Assembly: GCA_016839745.1 (NCBI GenBank)
Contig: JAEOTS010000143.1
Span: forward strand, 1 to 44,324
From: Promethearchaeota archaeon
GTDB lineage: Archaea > Asgardarchaeota > Lokiarchaeia > Sigyniarchaeales > SOKP01
Length of the DNA: 44,324 nt
Direction: 5' to 3'
Under the pieces are notes generated by a model. That model searched no databases. It had not been told where the DNA came from and saw nothing but the letters and a program-made list of their open reading frames with translations. Made by a program: the position numbers and the translations under genes. Below are positions 31,501-38,827 of the stretch, one piece after another; the stretch's first letter is position 1; each line of letters starts with the position of its first letter.

Positions 31501-32330
31501 GGGAAAAAGTAAACATATACTATATTTTAGCTTATTTAAATTCCAAACTTATGAGTTTTTACTTTAAAGAGAGACCAATTGAATTACAACGTCAAAAATC
31601 TAATGTGGAAAATGATATCCCTATTTTTATGCCTCGAAATGAACAAGAAAAAGAATTACAGAGATATATTATAAAAAAGGAACGCACACTTGTCAAAAAA
31701 TTACGGAATCTTGAAAAATTTTATCGATCTAAGGGATTTCATTTTGATATAGAATTATTGGGCCAAGAAGAAATAAATATTGACGTTCAAAAGTTCTTGG
31801 GTGATATCGATTTACCAACAATCGAGACCCTTTCGCATGAAATAAAAGGAGATTTAAACATTTTTACGATAAATCGAGAAGATTTTCCTACCCTAATAAA
31901 TAATCGCTACAATATAGAAAAGATTGGAGAATTTAGAGAGATTGTGAGCGGTTCGGATGTGCATTTTATATATAAATCATTAAAAATTGTTGTCTATGAA
32001 AGCTTTTATGAAACATTTAAATTAATAATAGAAAGCTACATTAATTTTTCAGAGAGACCATTATTCTCGGAATTGATAAAACAGAAAATCCCATCGGGCG
32101 AGATTTTTGAACTGATCAAAATCAAAAAAGAATTACTTATGAAAAAAATAGTATTACCCACTTCCGAGGAAAAAATTCAAATTGAAAATGTAGTAGAAAA
32201 TATATTAGACTCTAAATCAGTTCAAGGTATTCAAAAAATAAATTCCATCAGTAAAATCTTGTATTTTATTGATATAGCATTTATTAAAATGATGGCTCCA
32301 GAATATAAAAATGAAATATTAACATATTGA
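28563..32330 (+). CDS. Type IIG (Eco57I-like) fused restriction endonuclease / N6-adenine methyltransferase
   Basis: N-terminal KPDF...ILECK...QLQRY (PD-(D/E)xK); GQYYTP; motif I LDPASGSGTFL; motif IV GNPPY; DLFYWFI; TaqI-C-like YILAYLNSKL. Confidence 0.9.
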   Translation: MDIQKIKREILLLITSQSNLIHEAQTFRQYIDKCQKKGINNEETVVQPFTISFLKNLNYINQHNLTIEEVQKGNKPDFHTPTFILECKSSRYKDFSEKSRKGESPEDQLQRYLETSEFSREFGILFSLDKLNVYKLVDGSLTYVPNLSFSLINFYENQKTNFNNFISKFYAKPLTTDQKIKIIANTQKSDLIPIKPKIFNKVLKSLITEVSNDLDSRFLDLNDKDDDTRLIRSKICQIKKQMDLKTTDEAEREYISQTSYIILARILLTKCWEDFELIEPPHTYNGGFKKYIQDYNEKVIDVYRRALDKSQNIYFLFNPDNPYLLLPISEELIVDILFQVCKYDFNTLNYDILGYIYEDYLDLEHRKKFGQYYTPPYVVNLILDRVGYKPSPTKLLDETLLDPASGSGTFLLNAVSRILQSRKDGREHSLKYKNIVENNIFGSELMLFPYLISEINILIQISQELKKIMKENKKLNVIHVFPNNSFNLIPKSLAERLFSIPEDKIKGTNLVDSAVIKRKEAKLLTLQQKNDFDYVVGNPPYVANDTNPELFREMRTFFTFCNQTYHNKMDLFYWFIILGILKLKPSGKLCYITTRYWIDKGEKTGVETLKDFILKYCYLREIIDLRNLTIFLSATGQENCIFILQKKGEDVEDKNIQVFRIQPRPLKDLCKLANCPYERGYCINDQEYLECLCLRESEWNALLGANDNPLNNYITAFYSAKKNSDLFNNRSWDIFYPEEGIIREIIDSIFTSCTHTIEKHDPLGILTDKAEGINYIRDFFVLRVGVLTTIDEIFILTPDILKERNDAFLLKIELSIKLKRSEKVELINKYAGEIDEDGYVWLELSENETNRLFDLYKTPSVYRHGLDTSKIVGKLIYFDKDGQYITCPVLVYYLEQYKEIIENKLKEYNEFTPSRPNKWITLRRSSSITLPDRKSRELYTYYRKKPKIFYNYRVGNRNIFGFTNSNMVAATDMYFFHKYGEKVNIYYILAYLNSKLMSFYFKERPIELQRQKSNVENDIPIFMPRNEQEKELQRYIIKKERTLVKKLRNLEKFYRSKGFHFDIELLGQEEINIDVQKFLGDIDLPTIETLSHEIKGDLNIFTINREDFPTLINNRYNIEKIGEFREIVSGSDVHFIYKSLKIVVYESFYETFKLIIESYINFSERPLFSELIKQKIPSGEIFELIKIKKELLMKKIVLPTSEEKIQIENVVENILDSKSVQGIQKINSISKILYFIDIAFIKMMAPEYKNEILTY

Positions 32331-32358
32331 TTCTTCTTTCTCAGAATTATTATTTTTT

Positions 32359-32520
32359 TTATAAATATTTAATTAACAAATTGAGTAAATAAAAAAAATT
32401 ATTTTTTGCAGCAGCACGTTGGACTCGTGATTTAAATCCTTGATTCTTTCCACTTCGGTCTGTCTGGGACTGAATCCTACTTGCTGCTTTGGAGCTCATT
32501 TTATTTTTTCCTTTTCCCAC
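32359..32520 (-). CDS. Small SMP-like (seed-maturation-protein-like) basic protein missed by the ORF track
   Basis: Manual translation (GTG 32520, in-frame ATG 32499): MGKGKNKMSSKAASRIQSQTDRSGKNQGFKSRVQRAAAKNNFFYLLNLLIKYL*. It resembles the M-x-x-x-AASRIQS...GFxxRAQxAAAKN small-protein pattern. Confidence 0.7.
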   Translation of the reverse strand: MGKGKNKMSSKAASRIQSQTDRSGKNQGFKSRVQRAAAKNNFFYLLNLLIKYL

Positions 32521-32627
32521 TTATTCCACTTTTTTTCTTTACTTAAAAAGGAAGACTGCTGGAAATTAATCCTAATTGCGATAGATCAGATGTACTTTCT
32601 AAGAATTCAATAATTTCTTAATTAAAG

Positions 32628-33725
32628 TTATAGAGTTTTATTTATGTTATCCGAAAAGTTTAGATTTTTAAGGGAATCTATAAGTTCTACAATTTTAATT
32701 CTAATTTGAAAATTTTCTGAAATGTCTATTTGGTTTAATTCTTCATTGAATACTTTTTTAAGTAAATTAGTAAAAGTTTCTTTTAGAATAACACGATATT
32801 GGTAATTATAATGCTTGAGGTTAATTGATACTTCTTTACCAGCGATAATTAGATAATCAATTTTTCTATTTTCTAGGTAAAAATAATTATTAAATCTAGC
32901 AATGATATTTTGAACAGTATCTTTTTTATAAAGATATTTCTTATCAAATTTGCCTAATTCCTCAAATAAAAGAATATAATTCGAATTTGGATCATAAGCG
33001 ATTAATTCAGGGTGAGATATGATGTTTAAGTCTTTAAAATTTCTATGATTTAAAAGATTTTCAATAGGAATGACTTCAAACCCTAAAATATAGAAAATTC
33101 TTGCAAATTTCTTACATTTAATAGATTCTTCAGATTTACTCCAGTCAGATTCTAAAAATTTGCTTATTTCATTGATTTCATCAATTCTTAACAGAGAAAT
33201 TCTATTAATTGCTTTTTGATATAAATGATTGTTGGTAAGAACTCTTAATTTTGAAAAAATTTCTTTATCAATTAATTTTATAATGAAATCGGTAACATCA
33301 CTTTCTAAGAAGTTTAAGGGAAGATCTATACTATTCCTAAAACCTTGCAGAGAGAAATTTACCAATAATTCTTGATTATCCTTGTAATATTTTTGAAAAG
33401 CTGGAATATTTGTCAAGCTACCGCCTTTAACCATGTAATCAGTAAGATTTTTCAAACCATAGGAAAACCCTTCTAAAAGGCTAAGCCATAAAGAATCTTT
33501 TTGTTTTACAATTTTTACTTGATCTCCATATTCAGATGAAAAAAGATTTATTTTATTTCTGGTATGCTTCCCTTGTTTATCGTAAATTTCTTGAAGTTCA
33601 ATAGAAAGGTAAGGATTATCACAAAATGCGGGAAAAAATTCTCGATATTCTCGATTTTCTTTACTATCTAAGATCTCCCTAAATTTTTGTACAAATAACA
33701 ATAACCATTCCTTTTTGTCTTCCAT
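32628..33725 (-). CDS. Hypothetical protein with a possible degenerate PD-(D/E)xK nuclease-like C-terminal domain
   Basis: IFYILGFEV...HPELIAYD...ILLFEELG...YLIIAG resembles the restriction-endonuclease fold, but the catalytic residues are non-canonical. Confidence 0.45.
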   Translation of the reverse strand: MEDKKEWLLLFVQKFREILDSKENREYREFFPAFCDNPYLSIELQEIYDKQGKHTRNKINLFSSEYGDQVKIVKQKDSLWLSLLEGFSYGLKNLTDYMVKGGSLTNIPAFQKYYKDNQELLVNFSLQGFRNSIDLPLNFLESDVTDFIIKLIDKEIFSKLRVLTNNHLYQKAINRISLLRIDEINEISKFLESDWSKSEESIKCKKFARIFYILGFEVIPIENLLNHRNFKDLNIISHPELIAYDPNSNYILLFEELGKFDKKYLYKKDTVQNIIARFNNYFYLENRKIDYLIIAGKEVSINLKHYNYQYRVILKETFTNLLKKVFNEELNQIDISENFQIRIKIVELIDSLKNLNFSDNINKTL

Positions 33726-33891
33726 TTTTTCTCTGAAATTGTGTTTTCTATTATTAATTTTTCCAATAATTAAATCTTCAAGATCTAGCTTGCACGTCTT
33801 TTTAAATTCTATTTATTTGTTGTTTTCATATACTCTAATGGTAAAGATTGTTACTTATATATTTTATGTAATTTCCTTATTTAAAAGGGAA

Positions 33892-34080
33892 AACTCCTGC
33901 CACCAAGACCTAATAATAAGGTCGCAAACAAAATAGGGGGAGGAGGGCGAAATCAGAGTGTGTTCTCACACACTACCAAAAGACAAAAATCCAGGGTAGC
34001 AGCAGGAGTCACAGTTTGTAATTTAATATGGTACATATTATACTTGTGGATGCTTGAGTTTGGTGCTCCTATTTTGTCAA
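33892..34080 (-). ncRNA. Putative structured non-coding RNA of unknown family
   Basis: 14-bp closing helix with G-U wobbles (34010-33997 with 33905-33892); 7-bp hairpin with a GAGA tetraloop; further hairpins; 10-bp long-range pairing; GC-rich relative to the flanks; promoter-like signal upstream and U-rich tract downstream. Confidence 0.55.
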
Positions 34081-34099
34081 GATACAAAAAGAAACCCGC

Positions 34100-34130
34100 C
34101 TATATATAGTTTTTCCCTTGAAGTTTCAAG
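34100..34130 (-). promoter_or_regulatory. BRE/TATA-like promoter with an adjacent inverted repeat
   Basis: Minus strand reads AAGGGAAAAAC-TATATATA; perfect 6-2-6 palindrome CTTGAA-GT-TTCAAG at 34117-34130 just upstream. Confidence 0.45.
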
Positions 34131-34229
34131 TTAAAAGTTCAAATTTTTGCTTTAAATAAGGAAGTGAATGGTGCAATTTTTATTTAAAAATATATAAATT
34201 AGATAGATTTAAGAAAATGAAACAATATT

Positions 34230-34532
34230 ATGAACATGAACATGAGTAGGACAGGAAAAACCATCATAAGAGGATATATTACTGCCATTCACAATGGAGA
34301 GAAACGGATTTCTCGAGGTTATACCTATGGATATATGGTGCTTACGGTACATAATAAGGATGGGCTCTATTCCATGCTAGTAAATTCCTCCAAAATTAAC
34401 TCTTATGGGTTTTTACCGCGTGTAGGACAGTATATTCTTGCCGAAGGAATTAGGTCACCTTCGCGGGACGGGTTTCATGACTACTCTTTAAGCCATCTCT
34501 CCACGCTGGAGCATATTGAACCTTCAAAGTGA
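34230..34532 (+). CDS. Stand-alone OB-fold nucleic-acid-binding protein
   Basis: Strand pattern TIIRGYITAI...MVLTVHNKDG...LPRVGQYILAEG is typical of tRNA_anti/RPA-type OB folds. Confidence 0.6.
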   Translation: MNMNMSRTGKTIIRGYITAIHNGEKRISRGYTYGYMVLTVHNKDGLYSMLVNSSKINSYGFLPRVGQYILAEGIRSPSRDGFHDYSLSHLSTLEHIEPSK

Positions 34533-34601
34533 AATAATTTAGCTACTATAAAGAAAAAGAAGTTGTAAATTCTTTGAAAGAGTAGCCTTGTCATTACTTA
34601 A

Positions 34602-35564
34602 TTAGACTTTATATTTTTTCATTTTCTTTTTTAACTTTCTGACTTCTTTTTTAAAAGCGAGATATTTCTCATGGGCGTCATTAGCATTCTTTTTATTTTT
34701 AATTAATTTACGTTCTAATTTTCTTTTTTTATATCCTAATGTTTCCTTTTTTTTAAGTAGTGCACGATCCCCAATTTCTTGCTCTAAATTTTTTAGCTGA
34801 AAGATTAATTCTTTTGTCCTTGTATTTTTTCCATTACGAATTTCTTTTAATTCATCCAATTTTTTAGTCTCTTTTTTTAATTTTAGTTTCAATTCTTTAT
34901 ATTTTTGCTTAACATCATTAATTTTTTCAAAAGTTTTGTCCATGATTCGATTTAACTCATCTAAAGCCTTATCTTTAAAAAGGTCGTGTTTTTCTCCGAT
35001 CGCATATACACAAACAATATGGGAATATCTTCGCTGCTCAATTATTTGGAAAGTAATTTGTCCGTCAGTTAGTTTCTTTTTATATTTTCCATCCTTGTCA
35101 TATTGATAATCATGCTTAAGCTCTGCTACTAAGTATTTCAAATAACTATTCTTAATAGTATCATGAGCACTATTTTTACTCTTATATTCCATATGACCAT
35201 AATGATGGGTTTTTAAAGCTTGATGGATATTATACATCTCTTCCAAATCCTTTAGGATATTTTTACGAGTAATATGAACTTCTTTGTCTCCTTTCTTCTT
35301 AAAATAGTCATAATGTGCATGAACATCGACTTGAGGATAAGCTTCAGTGCCCGAACTTTTAGAGCTAAATTCAACAAAGATATGAAATCTCCCATTTTCA
35401 TTTATCCTGATAAATTCTTTAGCAGAAATCCAGTTATTACCTTTTTTTAGTGCTTTCTTTTTCCTTCTCAAATGAATATAACCGATGGATTTAAACATAT
35501 CAATAATTTGTCGTTCTTCAACACCATAATATAACCTGTAATCGATACTAACCATTAAGATCAC
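34602..35564 (-). CDS. Hypothetical basic protein with a C-terminal Lys-rich coiled coil
   Basis: His-rich alpha/beta N-terminal region (RFHIF...HAHYD...H) and a long heptad tail. Confidence 0.6.
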   Translation of the reverse strand: MILMVSIDYRLYYGVEERQIIDMFKSIGYIHLRRKKKALKKGNNWISAKEFIRINENGRFHIFVEFSSKSSGTEAYPQVDVHAHYDYFKKKGDKEVHITRKNILKDLEEMYNIHQALKTHHYGHMEYKSKNSAHDTIKNSYLKYLVAELKHDYQYDKDGKYKKKLTDGQITFQIIEQRRYSHIVCVYAIGEKHDLFKDKALDELNRIMDKTFEKINDVKQKYKELKLKLKKETKKLDELKEIRNGKNTRTKELIFQLKNLEQEIGDRALLKKKETLGYKKRKLERKLIKNKKNANDAHEKYLAFKKEVRKLKKKMKKYKV

Positions 35565-35767
35565 TTAGATTTGGAGAATAAGAACTTGTTTAAAATTGAA
35601 TCTTTCTCATATCCCTTTTAGGATAATTATAAGGCTATTTGTTTAAATTTTTATGTATTAATTTAGAATTTATATTTTCATAGTAGGATGCCATTATAAT
35701 TTTCTTTTAAATAGACTGGTAATTTGATACAAGCAATAATGAATTACATTTTTTTAATGGTTATAAA

Positions 35768-35965
35768 TTGAAAGCTATTAATGATATTGTATTTGAATGT
35801 TTGAGACCGAAACTGGAATATATTTGTGGTAAGATTCAGAATAGTTTAGAGAATGTTACAGATGAGACAATGGAGCATCAGTCTGGTAAGATTGAGTCCT
35901 ATGCTACAGTAATACATGAAATGCTGAAATATATTGAAGGTAAAGCTGAGCCTCGTTTTAAATAA
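35768..35965 (+). CDS. Small hypothetical helical protein
   Basis: 65-aa ORF with a TTG start and protein-like composition. Confidence 0.4.
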   Translation: MKAINDIVFECLRPKLEYICGKIQNSLENVTDETMEHQSGKIESYATVIHEMLKYIEGKAEPRFK

Positions 35966-36289
35966 AATTTAAGTAATAATCCTTAGTGGTTATTAAATCT
36001 CTCTGATTTTATTATTTGATTTTTGCAAGATATTTCCCTCAGATCATTACGTTTTAACAAATTTTAAAAATGAGAAATTTAATATTGATTTCAAAGAATG
36101 ATTGAACTTCCAGATTTTTCTGAAAGAAGCACTAATAAAAATTAAAGAATAAAATCCCCAGTTAAACGTGAATTATACGTTTGTAAGAAATACACCTTTT
36201 ATCGAAAATATTACCATATCCCATATTCACAGATCAAACCATTTGGACTTGATCAGTGAAAAATTTGGAGAATTAATAGCATAATAAAA

Positions 36290-37897
36290 TTATTTTTTTA
36301 AACAAAATCTTGTCGTTTTTTTTCCCTTTTTTACTATTAATTTCTCCTTATTAACTAATTCTTCTAATAGAGTTTTTGAGAAAGACCTAATCATAACATC
36401 ATATGTACGACATTTACTCTTTGTTTTGCTAATAAAATCAATTACAGTCTTTTCTTCCTTTGTTAAACCTTTAGACTTTTTTTCTTCTATATATTTTAGA
36501 ATTTTATCAATAAATTGATTATGATATTCTATACAATTTACATCATTTTCTTCTAATAGCTTCTTTGCATCAGAAGTATAATCTGGAGCAATAAATAGTA
36601 ATCTGTCTCTATTTTTTACAAATTCCCCCGACCTCATATAAATTTGAGTGTTTATCCAATTAATAAAATCTTCTGCCCATTTTTTATTACATGTTACTGA
36701 TTTAATTTCCCCAAATGCTCTTTGCTTAATTCTATTTCTTTCACTTATACTAGCAAAGATATCAAAGTTAAAGCCAGCAATTTTTTCTGGTTTTTCAGAT
36801 ATATTAACTCGTTTAAATCCCCCTTTTAAGAGAATAGGAACTGCTTTATATTGTCTTGCATCATTTTCATAAAGATCTTGTGCTTGATTTGATATTTCTT
36901 TAAATTGATCAATGTATTGATAAACCTTATTTGAAATTAATTTAACAAGGTTTCCTACATAAAAATCTAATGTTCCTTTAAGCTCTTTTAAAACTTCATT
37001 AACATTCAATTTTCCAAAAGTAAATTCCATTGTTTCGTCCAGTATCTTTTGCGTCAATATTTCTTTCTCAGCATTAGAAAAATCGCCTAGTTTTATCTCA
37101 TTTCCCTCAACGATTCGATAAAATTTATAAAAGTTTTCTCTTAAAGCTTCATAAGCATCCCTAAAGCATGTAAAGATTATATATACAGATGTATCATGCC
37201 TATCAATAATCCCTCTAAGAAATCTTGAAACTATAATCTCTGTTAGAATTCTCTCCTCATCTGACTTAATTAAAGATTCTAGTTCATCAACTAGAATAAC
37301 TACAATCCTATTATTTCTTTTTGCTAGCTGAATAACCCCCTCAATAACTTGAAAAATTTTGTCTTCTTCGATCTCATCAAGAAAATACGCTTTTGCAGGT
37401 ATTCTATCAGTTGCACTAGAAGAGAAAAGATTTTTTATATTTTTAATAATCTCATACCCTTTGAAAATATCGATTAATTCCTCGTCATCACACTGATTGT
37501 ACATATCTTCAAAATGTCTTGTCTCCATTATCGGAAAAATTTGTTTCATTATTGCTCTTATAAATTCATGGTGCTGTACAGTAGGTACATTTTCTAAATT
37601 AATTCTTATTAAAAGATATTTCTCTATTGATGTCATAAGACTTATTATTTGTTCAGTTCGATTTAAAATGGTAGATTTTCCAGATCCAAACATTCCTAAA
37701 ATTGGTCTAATTATTGACCCACCTAAACTCAATACGGATTGAATATCTTTTTCAATGTATTCATCCACCGTAGATACATTATAGTCATTTGGAGCTTGAA
37801 CATGAGTGTAATCAATCAGACGATTAACATATACTAAATTAGTGGGTAATCCCTTCTTTAAACGATTTAGTTTATTTAATAATTCTTTTCTGTTCAA
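36290..37897 (-). CDS. P-loop ATPase fused to an Mrr-like PD-(D/E)xK nuclease and a C-terminal wHTH
   Basis: Walker A GMFGSGKST; Walker B VILVDELE; FNFDIFA...FGEIKS; LFIAPDYTSDAKK; LTKEEKTVIDFI...LLEELVNKEKLI. TTG start with AGGTGA SD. Confidence 0.75.
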   Translation of the reverse strand: MNRKELLNKLNRLKKGLPTNLVYVNRLIDYTHVQAPNDYNVSTVDEYIEKDIQSVLSLGGSIIRPILGMFGSGKSTILNRTEQIISLMTSIEKYLLIRINLENVPTVQHHEFIRAIMKQIFPIMETRHFEDMYNQCDDEELIDIFKGYEIIKNIKNLFSSSATDRIPAKAYFLDEIEEDKIFQVIEGVIQLAKRNNRIVVILVDELESLIKSDEERILTEIIVSRFLRGIIDRHDTSVYIIFTCFRDAYEALRENFYKFYRIVEGNEIKLGDFSNAEKEILTQKILDETMEFTFGKLNVNEVLKELKGTLDFYVGNLVKLISNKVYQYIDQFKEISNQAQDLYENDARQYKAVPILLKGGFKRVNISEKPEKIAGFNFDIFASISERNRIKQRAFGEIKSVTCNKKWAEDFINWINTQIYMRSGEFVKNRDRLLFIAPDYTSDAKKLLEENDVNCIEYHNQFIDKILKYIEEKKSKGLTKEEKTVIDFISKTKSKCRTYDVMIRSFSKTLLEELVNKEKLIVKKGKKTTRFCLKK

Positions 37898-37908
37898 AGA
37901 TTCACCTT

Positions 37909-38418
37909 TTATCTCATTTTGATTTGAATATATTTTTTACCTCTTCCAGTTTGAATAGTAAATATTCGCTCTTCCATTTGTAAATCATAAATTAAATCCT
38001 CAAAATAACCGTCTGAAATTTCTAATTCTCTACAAGTTCTTCTTTTTAAAATTTCAAAATCAACTCCATCTATATCTCCTGATGGGTTAAGATAATTATA
38101 TTCTTTAAATAATTGTCTTTTGAAATCCTTAAGTTTTATTTTTTTGTAAGGAGAAATAAGCTTATCAAATTTATTTTCAAGAGAGATTATTCGAGATTCT
38201 AAAGTTGTTAATTTAGTGGTTACCAATTCATTTTTTTGTGTGAAGTCTTCACTCTTTATAGTAGATTCTGTTAACTTTTTTGGAGATATAATAATTCTCT
38301 GTAGGCTTTTCTGTTGTTTTAATGCTTCTTGATGTTTTGGAGATTTTGTATGACGAGGATCATTAGGATTGATTAACATATGCCCACAAATAGGACATTT
38401 TATTTTCTTTTTCGCCAT
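37909..38418 (-). CDS. C2H2 (U1/matrin-type) zinc finger + coiled coil + wHTH protein
   Basis: CPIC-x11-HTKSPKH; LTTLESRIISLENKF; VDFEILKRRTCRELEISDGYFEDLIYDL...IQTGRGKKYI. Confidence 0.7.
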   Translation of the reverse strand: MAKKKIKCPICGHMLINPNDPRHTKSPKHQEALKQQKSLQRIIISPKKLTESTIKSEDFTQKNELVTTKLTTLESRIISLENKFDKLISPYKKIKLKDFKRQLFKEYNYLNPSGDIDGVDFEILKRRTCRELEISDGYFEDLIYDLQMEERIFTIQTGRGKKYIQIKMR

Positions 38419-38827
38419 TTCTTTACAAATTTTCTAGTAAATATATTATTAAAAAGATTTCATTTTATTTCATTTTTTACTAGCACATATAAAAGTGAAT
38501 AATATCAACTTTGTATTCTTACTTAAATATTTATATCCTTCTTATTTTTAAAAAATCAGGAAATTCAAGAAATATTAAAAAAATTATTAAGATGAAATAA
38601 TTATACATTCCCTCTTTTATAGAGACTTATTTGGAGCAGCCGATTTAAAAAATCAATTTATTATTTTCGCACTACTTAATAAGATCCGAAAAATTTGGTC
38701 AGTGTTAATCATTTAATTATCTGATTTATATTTTAGAATTAATTATTTATTATTATTGACAATTCTATCCAATTTTCAAATTACTGGCTATTATTGATTC
38801 AAGGTAAAAAAGAGGAAAAATTTTAAT

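Noticed and set aside
33892-34010. Structured region as tRNA, 5S rRNA, SRP, RNase P, hammerhead or canonical HDV ribozyme
   Set aside because: Lacks TTC/D-loop/anticodon geometry, the SRP and RNase P consensus motifs and the CUGANGA core; helix spacing is too long for a canonical HDV fold. Kept as an unknown ncRNA.
595-37742. Short ORFs antisense to or nested in long genes (e.g. 595, 5984, 7870, 8561, 8818, 10484, 10848, 11930, 12917, 12963, 15308, 18387, 19875, 20353, 20836, 21390, 22043, 22129, 29690, 31288, 33715, 36648, 37497)
   Set aside because: Shadow frames of well-supported genes, or low-complexity AT-rich frames.
36290-37897. ATPase as Cdc6/Orc1 or part of a BREX system
   Set aside because: It has a nuclease-like C-terminal domain, no ORB-like repeats were seen nearby, and there are no pglX/pglZ genes in the window.
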